This document shows positions 7,255-16,528 of a stretch of DNA of 64,000 nt, piece by piece. Numbering within the stretch: position 1 is the first letter of the stretch; each line of letters starts with the position of its first letter. Under the pieces are notes generated by a model that saw only the letters and a list, made by a program, of their open reading frames with translations, did no database searches and was not told the DNA's origin. The stretch spans positions 1-64,000 of IMG/VR virus record IMGVR_UViG_3300010430_000020; one strand, given 5' to 3'. The DNA is from a virus. The position numbers and the translations under genes are program-made.

Positions 7255-8984
7255 GTCCGTACACCTTCTACTGTTGTAGCCGACATCAATTCATCAATCT
7301 GTTCTACAACTAATGTCCCTTTGGGATTAAAAGGATCGGCATGTAAAATCCGGTTAAGCTCTGCTTCTGTCAGCTCACCATCCTGGAAAATATTCCTGAA
7401 GACATTATTCTTGCCAGGGTGCGACTGCCAGTGGTGGCCCTCATGGGCACCATAGATTTCCCGGCCCCAATAAAGACCTTCAGCTTTCCCGAATTTCGAG
7501 AAGATGAACATTTCTACACTGTCGTTGGCATGAGACAATCCCTTGCCGAATGTGATGTCAATGGCCAGTCCTGCAGAGTGTTGGGATTTGGTTTTGTCAG
7601 TATACCCACCGGGCATATTATGAAGGTGACCGAATCTCGCCGCCGAAATCAGACTAGCCTTTGCCATACCGTTTTGCTTGGCATACGCATTATATGCTTT
7701 CAGTGCCTTGGCTGCCCGGATCGCTGTTGGGCCGTTCATGTGCTTAATGGAATCGAACCCATTTTCGCGCATGATTTTACCAGAACCTTCCACACCGGCT
7801 GCACCACCAACAGAAATGGTTCGCAAATAACTCTTTGCGTTTTCCACAGCCTTAAAATAGCGCTGCTTAATATTCTGCACCGGCTTAGATTTCTGATTTG
7901 GTGTCTGTGCCAATTCACGGTATTTCTGCAGCTGTGCTGCCGTGCGACGTACCCACTTCTGAGTATTCATTATGGTGAGATACCCATGTTTCTTCACGTA
8001 TTTTCCCACGTCCTTACGTGAAATAGTCTCGCCGGTTGTCGTTTCAGCCGTGATGGTCTGTGTTTTGCGTGCGGATCGAGCCACACCGGCAGATGCGTTC
8101 TGCGTACCAAAATTAGAGTAATTGGACCCATTCAGGACAGCCTGATGAGACTCATCCAATTTGGCATACAGTAGCGGACTAGCCTGCAAACGCCGCTTAT
8201 ACATCAGATAATTTTTGTACCCACGGGTCGTAAAACGTCGGGTACGTTTTACTTTTTTGGTACGGCGCTTCTTGCCCTTACCAACCTTAATTTTCACTGT
8301 GTACTTCTTATACGCATATTTGCGTAGAGGCTGATAATAAGCCCGCGTGAGGTTCTGATTGATATCACTATCGCCCTCGGTTATCCCGCGATTGTATGCT
8401 GTTTCCATCAGCATAGAATAATCCTGCATGGTTCCGGTTGGACCAAGCTCGGCCAGTGCTAGTGCATAGAAATGCACCTTCTGAGATCGGCTGAGGCTAT
8501 GTCCTTTCAGATACTGGCGCTGGCGCGCCAGGGGATTCTTTGTGGAATCTGCCACACTGAAAAAATTGGCCATGAAGGAGTTGGAAATTGTCTGCTCTAC
8601 ATCAGGCAAAGAGACTAACTTGATGTTCGAGAGGGGTGTACTATGTGAGGCAACTGTACATAGTTGTTTACCAGTAAAAACTGATGCAAGACGATCAACA
8701 GGCTCGCCCTCTATAGAGGACAAACTCACACCAAAAATTGTCACTATATAAGCCAGACTCGCCCCGCCAGCGGTCTTTATATAAATTCCACCAGCCTCTT
8801 GAATCCAGGGTGTCATAGGTGTCATAATGTAAAACCTCGCTGTATTTGAGGCTTCGAAGCATATATTAACCGTGACACCTGTCAATAAAAAATCGTTGGG
8901 CTTGGTTACTTTTTTTTGTTCTCCAGATGTTCCATATAGCGGTTGAAGAGGCCGATGCTCCGCCCATAGGCTTCGATCTCCCAC
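7251..8984 (-). CDS. Multidomain peptidoglycan hydrolase with C-terminal peptidase M15-like domain (start uncertain)
   Basis: R...SQHSAGLAIDI...WG...EGHHWQ (SxHxxGxAxD and ExxH zinc motifs). Confidence 0.65.
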   Translation of the reverse strand: MGDRSLWAEHRPLQPLYGTSGEQKKVTKPNDFLLTGVTVNICFEASNTARFYIMTPMTPWIQEAGGIYIKTAGGASLAYIVTIFGVSLSSIEGEPVDRLASVFTGKQLCTVASHSTPLSNIKLVSLPDVEQTISNSFMANFFSVADSTKNPLARQRQYLKGHSLSRSQKVHFYALALAELGPTGTMQDYSMLMETAYNRGITEGDSDINQNLTRAYYQPLRKYAYKKYTVKIKVGKGKKRRTKKVKRTRRFTTRGYKNYLMYKRRLQASPLLYAKLDESHQAVLNGSNYSNFGTQNASAGVARSARKTQTITAETTTGETISRKDVGKYVKKHGYLTIMNTQKWVRRTAAQLQKYRELAQTPNQKSKPVQNIKQRYFKAVENAKSYLRTISVGGAAGVEGSGKIMRENGFDSIKHMNGPTAIRAAKALKAYNAYAKQNGMAKASLISAARFGHLHNMPGGYTDKTKSQHSAGLAIDITFGKGLSHANDSVEMFIFSKFGKAEGLYWGREIYGAHEGHHWQSHPGKNNVFRNIFQDGELTEAELNRILHADPFNPKGTLVVEQIDELMSATTVEGVRT

Positions 8985-9358
8985 GGATAATCATAGTAAT
9001 GAAGATCGGTGGTATGCACCACCTTACCGCAATATTTGGGCTTGTTGCGGGTATCAAAGTCGCGCAGTTCACCCCTGGCGAATTGTTTTACATGCACCAT
9101 TTCATGCGCCACGGTCTCCAGGATCGAGGTTTTGTTCATGCCCCGGCGCAAGAACAGATCGAACTCGCGAGGGCGGTATTCATCATCATCTGCGGGGGAG
9201 GATAGTCCGTATTCTGCTATATCTGAAAATTGTATCATGATGTAGAGGTTCCTGGTCAGGCGCGGCCCCATCAACATTTCACCATACCATTTGCAGGCAT
9301 GGTGCAGCTCCTTTCGTCTAATGTCTTCCTCTTTGATTTTTCTGACAGTAAACTTCAT
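8906..9358 (-). CDS. HExxH zincin-like metallopeptidase
   Basis: ETVAHEMVHVKQ...PWEIEA. Confidence 0.8.
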   Translation of the reverse strand: MKFTVRKIKEEDIRRKELHHACKWYGEMLMGPRLTRNLYIMIQFSDIAEYGLSSPADDDEYRPREFDLFLRRGMNKTSILETVAHEMVHVKQFARGELRDFDTRNKPKYCGKVVHTTDLHYYDYPWEIEAYGRSIGLFNRYMEHLENKKK

Positions 9359-9981
9359 TGCCGGTCCAATACAAACTTCTTATACATCTCTTCGTAATAT
9401 TTATCATACGGCTCCGCAAAAATTTGAGCGCAGGGGTGGTTATCTGGGGTTACCAGAACAACCAGCTGGCTAATCACATTGGCACAATCAGAGCAATGTT
9501 CATTCCACATAAATGCATAGGCAGCGGCCTGGATAAAATAGCTCTTGATGCCTGTTAGTTTCTTGGGGTTGGTTGCTGTCTTCCAATCGACAATCGACTT
9601 CCGACCATCCCAGACCCCGATACAATCCACTCGACCAGCGGAGAGTAATTTATTCGAATAGAGCGATCCCTCGATCAGATTGACTTCTGTGAGGTACTTG
9701 TCTATCTCAACCTGTAGCTTATTGAATGAGTCTCTGGTGAAATGATCGATACCCGAGACCTTACCCTCGATCAGGTACTGTTCACAGACCTCATGGACCC
9801 GTGTACCGCGATCTCGCGCCAACTTCATGACAGGGGTGTCAGGAAAATTCACTCCTTTGTAGATCACTGATGTCACACTCGGGACCGCCACACCTGATTG
9901 AGGAATGATATAATAGCGATCCCCATTACGATTAAAGCTTTCTAGCTCCAAAACATTCTCATTCTCTAATTTCAAAAGCAT
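9355..9981 (-). CDS. PD-(D/E)XK (Cas4-like) exonuclease
   Basis: PSVTSV, RGTRVH, AGRVDC, IVDWKT, Q..AYA. Confidence 0.85.
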   Translation of the reverse strand: MLLKLENENVLELESFNRNGDRYYIIPQSGVAVPSVTSVIYKGVNFPDTPVMKLARDRGTRVHEVCEQYLIEGKVSGIDHFTRDSFNKLQVEIDKYLTEVNLIEGSLYSNKLLSAGRVDCIGVWDGRKSIVDWKTATNPKKLTGIKSYFIQAAAYAFMWNEHCSDCANVISQLVVLVTPDNHPCAQIFAEPYDKYYEEMYKKFVLDRQ

Positions 9982-10721
9982 TATGAGCCGTATCCCAACC
10001 TCTCAGAATGTATAAGGAACTCGCGAACGAGTCCACTCCTTATGATGTCGTCAATTTCCATTTGGATCAAATCAAAGGATGGCATAGATTGACAAATTTG
10101 AATCATTCTATGAATATCCATTCGTTCAAATGGTCTCTCCAAGTCTGATTGTGTACTATCACCACTGAACAAATACTTGCTGTTTTGTCCACATCGTGTA
10201 ATCAAGCTGGAGAATTCGTGCCAGTTGAGATTCTGACATTCATCCACCAGGATGATACTGTTATTGTACGTCGCGCCGCGCAGATAACTCGTTGGGTGAA
10301 ATTCTACAATTTCCCATGAGTGTTTGAGTATTGCATAGGCATCATCGCGTCCAAGCAGTTCGCCCATTATATCGATATAGGGGAGTTCGAAAGACTCCAT
10401 TTTCGCGCCAACATTACCGGGTAGATAACCAATCTTTCGTGTCGTCACAGCAGACCTGAATATTTTCACTCGCTCATATGGTGTATTAGGATTCAGTACT
10501 GCTTTCAGTGCTAGATACAATAAGACAAATGTTTTACCGGTGCCTGCATATCCATGTACGAACAGGTGATTCTGATGAAACTTTTCAAATATCAGATTTT
10601 GATTTTCTGTTCTCGGGGCTACAGGTTTTAAAGAAACTCCACTGTGTGTGGGTGGTTGCTTTAGGTCAATTCCATCATTACGAAGCTTGCGTCTTTGTCT
10701 TTTTGAAAGTCTTGTTGACAT
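9981..10721 (-). CDS. phoH: PhoH-like ATPase
   Basis: GYAGTGKT, GYLPG, YLRGAT, VDECQN, GDSTQSD. Confidence 0.93.
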   Translation of the reverse strand: MSTRLSKRQRRKLRNDGIDLKQPPTHSGVSLKPVAPRTENQNLIFEKFHQNHLFVHGYAGTGKTFVLLYLALKAVLNPNTPYERVKIFRSAVTTRKIGYLPGNVGAKMESFELPYIDIMGELLGRDDAYAILKHSWEIVEFHPTSYLRGATYNNSIILVDECQNLNWHEFSSLITRCGQNSKYLFSGDSTQSDLERPFERMDIHRMIQICQSMPSFDLIQMEIDDIIRSGLVREFLIHSERLGYGS

Positions 10722-10742
10722 TATGTGCCTCGTTAGTTGTTG

Positions 10743-10988
10743 TTAGCGAAAATCGTTAATCTTTCCTCCTCGATTGTTGTGTTTCTTCTTCATCTCTCCT
10801 AGCAAATCTTTAAAACCTTCATCGGGTTTGTTTCTTCCTAACCCGCCATCACTAGTCATTGCAGGGAAATTTTTAGTAATATCGACTTCCCAATCGGATT
10901 CGGATATGAGTTTTTCCATCTCGGCTATTTTCATAGCCTGAGTGTACTCCTCTCCAGTTTTCCGATTGATAAAATTATACGTTGGCAT
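10743..10988 (-). CDS. FmdB-like small protein
   Basis: MPTYNF...TGE; usual position between phoH and rnh in T4-like phages. Confidence 0.65.
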   Translation of the reverse strand: MPTYNFINRKTGEEYTQAMKIAEMEKLISESDWEVDITKNFPAMTSDGGLGRNKPDEGFKDLLGEMKKKHNNRGGKINDFR

Positions 10989-10995
10989 ATATACC

Positions 10996-11166
10996 TCAAT
11001 AGTAGTAATCGTCGTCTTCTACCTCAGTAAGTTGATCGATGTTGAGACTGCGTAGCGCATTCTTCAGCTTCTTTTTTTTCCTGCGATCCGTAAATTTTTT
11101 GCGTGTCCTCTTATCTGTGACTACCTCTGCATCGTAGTCATCTATCCATTTTTGACTTTTCTTCAT
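10996..11166 (-). CDS. small basic/acidic hypothetical protein (56 aa)
   Basis: Translated by hand, MKKSQKWIDD...EDDDYYY; ATGA overlap; fills the gap. Confidence 0.65.
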   Translation of the reverse strand: MKKSQKWIDDYDAEVVTDKRTRKKFTDRRKKKKLKNALRSLNIDQLTEVEDDDYYY

Positions 11167-11576
11167 GGTAGCAATTCTGGGTAAGCCTCCTTAACTAGTT
11201 TGTAGGTAATGTAAGGATAAGGTAATTTCTTATCCTTGGCCGCCAACAACAGCTCTGCATCTGCCGGGTCCAATGTCTCCAGCAGTTCAACAAATAGCTG
11301 TTCTCGACGAAGTGGCTGAAGGTTGGGGTTACCACCTTCGATAAAGAGATACAGCCTGCGCGCTTCATGGAACAGGATGTGCTCTTGATCTGTTAGATCA
11401 TTTTTTCTGTAGGGGGGTACGCCCTCGGGCAACTGCCATTTGATGTTTGGATCGAGGGCATATTGTAGGACCACCTTGAGCGGGTATGATGCATTCTGTC
11501 TCAACATCTGTACGCGCACATTCTTACTTTTTTCCTTCGAGATTTTCTTTAGAATCTCGGCAACACCTAGCTTCAT
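11163..11576 (-). CDS. conserved T4-like hypothetical protein (DUF6433-like)
   Basis: LPEGVPPY, RRE.LF.ELLE.L...DAELL. Confidence 0.75.
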   Translation of the reverse strand: MKLGVAEILKKISKEKSKNVRVQMLRQNASYPLKVVLQYALDPNIKWQLPEGVPPYRKNDLTDQEHILFHEARRLYLFIEGGNPNLQPLRREQLFVELLETLDPADAELLLAAKDKKLPYPYITYKLVKEAYPELLP

Positions 11577-12407
11577 TTAAAACTCCGAAATATTTTCCAT
11601 TAGGTTTTTGAGGTCATGATCGATAAAATAGCGATATAGCTTGCTCCGGTCGCCTTCAGGATTCTTATGGTATGCCTCCACGATCTCCTGGCGGATATTG
11701 TCTGGCATCTGTGAGAGGTCGATTAGCATCTTATTGCGTTGGAAATTGCGCTGTAACTCGCGGGGTATGCCGCCAGCAAGCCATGCATTTAGCATCTTGG
11801 CAGAGATTGTCTTCTGGCGCTCACCTGAGACCAGAGAACTATCGGGTGTTCTGATATTGGGGATACCATCTCCACGGTCACCACGAATGATGTGCTCTTG
11901 TAGATAATGGCTAGGATTGGGATGGGTAATCCACCTTTTGCGCGCAGGATCATACTGCTCTACAAAGGGCTTCAGGGAATGCAGTTGGATAAAATCTTTA
12001 TCGCCAGATATGATTAGGGCCTTCTCGTTAAAATCCATGTCATCGATAATGACAGAGATGATATCATCTGCCTCCGCACCATATACATCAACAAACTTAT
12101 ACGGAAAGGTCTCTCGCAATTCCTTCTTGATCATATTCATGCAGTCGAATATAACCGGCCAATTTAGGATCGATGCCTCTCGATCTTTTTTGCGGTTGGC
12201 CTTATAATAAGGAAACACGTTCTTCCGCCAATAATGCTTGGAGTCAGATGCAATCACCATCTCCCCGTATTTATCGAAGAAGTGATTTCTAATGAGGCGC
12301 AGAGAATTGAGGGTGACGTGCCGGATCAAATTTTCATCGAGTTCTTCTTTACTCGAATGTATGGTGAGGTAGGTGTATACGATCTGGTTAAGATCAATAA
12401 TAATCAT
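11577..12407 (-). CDS. rnh: T4 RNase H (5'-3' exonuclease)
   Basis: IIDLNQ, YWRK..FPYYKANRK, EADD, SGDKDF, GDRGDGIPN. Confidence 0.93.
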   Translation of the reverse strand: MIIIDLNQIVYTYLTIHSSKEELDENLIRHVTLNSLRLIRNHFFDKYGEMVIASDSKHYWRKNVFPYYKANRKKDREASILNWPVIFDCMNMIKKELRETFPYKFVDVYGAEADDIISVIIDDMDFNEKALIISGDKDFIQLHSLKPFVEQYDPARKRWITHPNPSHYLQEHIIRGDRGDGIPNIRTPDSSLVSGERQKTISAKMLNAWLAGGIPRELQRNFQRNKMLIDLSQMPDNIRQEIVEAYHKNPEGDRSKLYRYFIDHDLKNLMENISEF

Positions 12408-13417
12408 GATGCATATAAAATCAGTTTGTGCTCATTCATTCGGCCATTGGCCTCGGTTGACTTCGTTCTCAGTTCATCAAATGCACGCCGTTTAGCTAAT
12501 TTCCCTCCACCCATAAACTTAGCTAAAAACTCTTGCGGCTTGCGCAAAATCTTAGTCTCGGACTTCACGACATCAATACTGAGGATTGTGGTCCCCCTAA
12601 CGGTAAAGGAGGTGTTATTCTCGGCAATGAGTCTGGTCAGCTTCTTGTATTTAGTATCGTAGATGTACAGCAGTTCTGAGGCGACGATGTTCTCAGGAGC
12701 TATCGAGGAAACCCTCAGATCGTTGTCCATCAGCTTAAACTTGAGTTTGGCTACTAACTGTGAGGCAGACCTAACTTTCTTCCTACGGGGCTTCCTGGGC
12801 TTCCTCTGGGTGGATGAATAGGTCTCGGCATCATCAACTATCTTTTGCAGGAATTTCCTGTAGGCACCAAGCTTGCGCTTCCCAAGGTATTCATACCCAG
12901 TCATATCCAGATCGAGCAAGAGGGATCGGTAGTAGTCCGCAACGGTCTTACCATTGATGGGCCGGGCCTTCTTATCGACCAGCATCTGGTACGTACCTGG
13001 ATCAAAATACTTGTACTCCCCCCGGTAGAAATTATCCAGGACTTCTTCAAAGTCATCGAGTGGGAAAATTGGAGGACGCACTATTGAAACCGGAGCTTCT
13101 TTCTTGGCGCAATCTATTCGCTTATCATTAATTTTGTCATGGAGATAAATGATGTGCTCTTGCTCAACATCCAAACCACGATTGAGCATCCTGGCAATAG
13201 AACACATTGTCATATTGATTTCATTTGTATTCGTGAGTGACAGATCATTCCTATGACAATACTCTGTCAACCATTTCTTGGCCCGTGGAACTTCATAGAA
13301 ATGGTTGTACCAGTTAAGCGCCTGCAGATAATCAATCGGGGACTCGACCACTGTTGGCTCCGGCCCGAGATATTGCATGTCTGCATTTTTTATTCGTTTT
13401 TGTTGTGTCTTGCCCAT
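12404..13417 (-). CDS. conserved T4-like hypothetical protein
   Basis: ALNWYN, GTTI, KILRKP, NGRMNE motifs of the gene typically upstream of rnh. Confidence 0.75.
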   Translation of the reverse strand: MGKTQQKRIKNADMQYLGPEPTVVESPIDYLQALNWYNHFYEVPRAKKWLTEYCHRNDLSLTNTNEINMTMCSIARMLNRGLDVEQEHIIYLHDKINDKRIDCAKKEAPVSIVRPPIFPLDDFEEVLDNFYRGEYKYFDPGTYQMLVDKKARPINGKTVADYYRSLLLDLDMTGYEYLGKRKLGAYRKFLQKIVDDAETYSSTQRKPRKPRRKKVRSASQLVAKLKFKLMDNDLRVSSIAPENIVASELLYIYDTKYKKLTRLIAENNTSFTVRGTTILSIDVVKSETKILRKPQEFLAKFMGGGKLAKRRAFDELRTKSTEANGRMNEHKLILYAS

Positions 13418-13423
13418 AACCGT

Positions 13424-13546
13424 TCAGTTTATGAAGTGGCGGAGATATATGGCATAAAGTCCCAGAGAACCCAACGTCAGGGCCATCACCCCCAGAAATT
13501 TACACAGAACATCTAAATATTGGTCGTATTTACCTTTTTCTCTCAT
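13424..13546 (-). CDS. small membrane protein (40 aa)
   Basis: Translated by hand, MREKGKYDQYLDVLCKFLGVMALTLGSLGLYAIYLRHFIN. Confidence 0.5.
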   Translation of the reverse strand: MREKGKYDQYLDVLCKFLGVMALTLGSLGLYAIYLRHFIN

Positions 13547-13918
13547 TTAGCTTGTTCCTGGCAAATAAACACAACGAATACGAGTAACTAGCCTTCCAGA
13601 ATCGATCCATTCAGTAGCACAAATATGATACTTTGAATCTTGAGAAGCTCTTACTGAGAAGAAGTCACCATTGAACTCTTTGTTCCCAATTCTGATAGGA
13701 TCGAATAGCTTGGTGTACCACATCTGATATCCAGGGAAATGCTCTATATTGATAACTGGGGTGCAATCCCTCTCATCACAGCAATCGGGATCATACCATG
13801 AGTGCGCCCCGGCAGTTGTTGTCAGCAGTACTATTAGTAATATGATAGAGAAGATCATCCCCAGCCATATATGCCAATCACGATATTTCATTAGCTTGTT
13901 CCTGGGATATAGAGACAC
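13547..13918 (-). CDS. exported Cys-rich protein (AHSWYDxxCC family), paralogue B
   Basis: Signal/TM, AHSWYDPDCCDERDC, SQDSKYHIC, RCVYLPGTS. Confidence 0.8.
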   Translation of the reverse strand: MSLYPRNKLMKYRDWHIWLGMIFSIILLIVLLTTTAGAHSWYDPDCCDERDCTPVINIEHFPGYQMWYTKLFDPIRIGNKEFNGDFFSVRASQDSKYHICATEWIDSGRLVTRIRCVYLPGTS

Positions 13919-14289
13919 CGTAGATTCATTTTAGCCGCTGGGGTGTGCTGCCGTTTACCATCTTCATCCAAAAATATATTGTACTTATATGCACAGATAT
14001 GCATATTAGAATCCTTGGACTGCTTGATTTTGAAGGGGCGGCCATCCTTCTCGCGTATTTTCATTTCTTCATGAGTGATCTTCACGCCACCGAACATTTT
14101 GGAATGGTAGATGTTGTACCCATCCCCGTGGTCGACATGATCGACCACATTACAATCCTCGCCGGAACAACACTCCCAGTCATACCAGGAGTGCGCATGA
14201 GCAGTTGTTAAATGAACCAACCAAAACACGATGATAACGACCAGGATTGCAAAGAAACCTTTCGCAAATACTTCCCACATATTCATCAC
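13891..14289 (-). CDS. exported Cys-rich protein (AHSWYDxxCC family), paralogue A
   Basis: AHSWYDWECCSGEDC, SKDSNMHIC, RCLYIPGTS. Confidence 0.8.
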   Translation of the reverse strand: MMNMWEVFAKGFFAILVVIIVFWLVHLTTAHAHSWYDWECCSGEDCNVVDHVDHGDGYNIYHSKMFGGVKITHEEMKIREKDGRPFKIKQSKDSNMHICAYKYNIFLDEDGKRQHTPAAKMNLRCLYIPGTS

Positions 14290-14744
14290 ATCCTATTAGT
14301 GCCCAATTGCCAAACACCGGTATAGGTTTTATCGCCCTCTTTAACCGATACTGCTATGCCGATGATAGTAACCATGCCATGCGGCCCCTTTTGGGTCATG
14401 GTCATAACTTTTGTATCCATCATGGCATGTTTAAAGCGCTCTTCAAGAAATGCTTTGATGTCATCAACAAACTTTTTCACCTTCATTGTTTCCAGGTCAA
14501 CCGTCTTGGTATATCCCAGAATCATATCTCCTATCAAATTTCGTGTCTCGACAGGAAACCCCTCGGTGGTGGTCGCATCAGTCGGGACCAGAAAATACCG
14601 CTTGTCGGCTTTCTCCTTAATGACTCTGGAATTTTCTTCAATAACCCTGGACTGTGGCATTTCCTGAGCATTGGCGACAGCCACAAACCACAGAACTGCT
14701 ATAGTCAACGCAATTGCTATACCTACTATCATATTCATATTCAT
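14286..14744 (-). CDS. exported hypothetical protein
   Basis: Signal peptide ending ANA. Confidence 0.7.
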   Translation of the reverse strand: MNMNMIVGIAIALTIAVLWFVAVANAQEMPQSRVIEENSRVIKEKADKRYFLVPTDATTTEGFPVETRNLIGDMILGYTKTVDLETMKVKKFVDDIKAFLEERFKHAMMDTKVMTMTQKGPHGMVTIIGIAVSVKEGDKTYTGVWQLGTNRM

Positions 14745-15247
14745 TACAGCATTCCTTCATACTTTTGTTTATCAGTGACCCACGTCATCATCACGAAGAA
14801 TTCTTTCTGCCGTATTGGGAACGTGGGGTCTATTGCAACATATGATACTTTAACATCTACAAACTTGTATTTGGTCCCATTTGAATCATCCCAGTCTCGG
14901 GTACGAGATTGAACATGATATTTCATCACGGCCAGTACCTTAACATGGTCCTCCATAAAAACCTTGAGGGACTTCTCAGCTTCATTCACTGATTGCCGCC
15001 GTATATCTACATAGTCTTCGGCAGCCTCAAATAGAGCTTTGATTTGGTCGGTTGTTTCTCCTGGTGAATTCTTACTCCATGACATTCTGAGTTTTTTTAG
15101 ATATCGATCTTTGATCTTGATTACTAAGTCAGATATTTCTATTTTCGGTACTACTGTTTTCGATTTAGTTCCGGTGACGCCGAGTAGTGTAAGAAATAAT
15201 GCAACAAATATTGTTAGTATTGTTATTGTTAGTTGCTTTAGTGACAT
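14744..15247 (-). CDS. membrane-anchored hypothetical protein
   Basis: N-terminal TM segment. Confidence 0.7.
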   Translation of the reverse strand: MSLKQLTITILTIFVALFLTLLGVTGTKSKTVVPKIEISDLVIKIKDRYLKKLRMSWSKNSPGETTDQIKALFEAAEDYVDIRRQSVNEAEKSLKVFMEDHVKVLAVMKYHVQSRTRDWDDSNGTKYKFVDVKVSYVAIDPTFPIRQKEFFVMMTWVTDKQKYEGML

Positions 15248-16305
15248 TAGGGAATGAGTCCAATCTTAATTTTTTTTGTTTGATCTATATTAGAGTGTAT
15301 CTCATTGAATGCATCAGTTAACGTGTATTTCTTATCTATATGAAACGGCTCTTTACCAATATTCTCCCGGATAATATTGACCTCTGGTAGAGTCAGCTGC
15401 CGGAAATTCAGAACGCCATAGCAGCGACCGGGGCGGATCAGAGCAGGATCGATACGATCTACATTACTTAGGTTGGTGGTAAAGATCATCTTCTTGCCCT
15501 GGTGGGAGATCAGGCCATCGCTGATGTTCAGGAACTTGGCCATTTGCCTGTTATTATCCTCAGAACGCGAGGAGATCAGGACATCGGCATCTTCCATAAC
15601 CAATAGGTCAGCGGATTTGTCCGTCATGAACTTGACAAAGAAATCATCCAGCTGAATGACTGCCTCATCAAATGTCATAAAAGTTTTGAGCTTATTGCGG
15701 AAGGCAAAGTCACGGACCAGGGAGGTCTTGCCGGTGCCGGGTGTTCCAATCATGACCAGGATAGAAGCATCAGATTTGAGAAAACCCTTCATGTATTTGG
15801 TGACGCCACCATTCACGAATGGGTAATAGATATCCTTCACCCGGTTTGGATTCTTATCGAACCTGATTGTCTTGGCAGATAGCCCGCCACTGCCATCACG
15901 GAAGAACCAATCAATGGTGCTCTCACGCTTTTTGAATTTCCATTCTTTGTGCTTCAGGAAATCGAATATCTCCTGAAAGCGAGCTTTGTCTCCGGTGATC
16001 TCGACCTGATAGACGCTGGTGTTCTCCTCATCCCCATAGCCGCAATTGAAAAAGATGTCCTCACTGACACCAAATACTGTGCGGGAGAATGCAAAGAACT
16101 TAATCTGTTTCTCTTCACAGTATTGTTTAATCAGGGCGGTAATAGACTGTACCGTAGAATTATCCTTCTGGAAATTCATATAGGCAAAGTCGGCATTACG
16201 TCCGGTCTTGTAATAGTTTTGGAGAAATTCGTAGAAGGCGACATACTTGATACCAGATGGCCCATCAGTTACATCAAAAACAGCGGGCGTCTCAAGCTTA
16301 AACAT
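15247..16305 (-). CDS. AAA+ ATPase
   Basis: GTPGTGKT, LLVMEDAD, FTTN, DPALIRPGRC. Confidence 0.9.
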   Translation of the reverse strand: MFKLETPAVFDVTDGPSGIKYVAFYEFLQNYYKTGRNADFAYMNFQKDNSTVQSITALIKQYCEEKQIKFFAFSRTVFGVSEDIFFNCGYGDEENTSVYQVEITGDKARFQEIFDFLKHKEWKFKKRESTIDWFFRDGSGGLSAKTIRFDKNPNRVKDIYYPFVNGGVTKYMKGFLKSDASILVMIGTPGTGKTSLVRDFAFRNKLKTFMTFDEAVIQLDDFFVKFMTDKSADLLVMEDADVLISSRSEDNNRQMAKFLNISDGLISHQGKKMIFTTNLSNVDRIDPALIRPGRCYGVLNFRQLTLPEVNIIRENIGKEPFHIDKKYTLTDAFNEIHSNIDQTKKIKIGLIP

Positions 16306-16528
16306 TTTGTAAAGTTTCCCTTGCTAATTTTCTGAGACGCTTTGCCCTGCGCCCATGAAGTTTTCTTGTGTGAATGCACGGATAATTACGCTCATCAGCT
16401 TCCATTATAGAACGTGAATAGCCGGGCCACATCATTGCATACTGAAGATCGATATTTGACCAATGGTGATACCTCAGATTCTTTAATCTGTAAAAATGCT
16501 CATCTCTGTAAGTGATACTGAGATCAAA
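16298..16528 (-). CDS. hypothetical protein
   Basis: Fills the gap between the glycosyltransferase and the AAA gene; start at MFDLS. Confidence 0.5.
   Translation of the reverse strand, partial: FDLSITYRDEHFYRLKNLRYHHWSNIDLQYAMMWPGYSRSIMEADERNYPCIHTRKLHGRRAKRLRKLARETLQNV

Noticed and set aside
9355-9981. Cas4-like gene as evidence of a CRISPR-Cas system
   Set aside because: It is the stand-alone exonuclease normally found beside phoH in T4-like phages.
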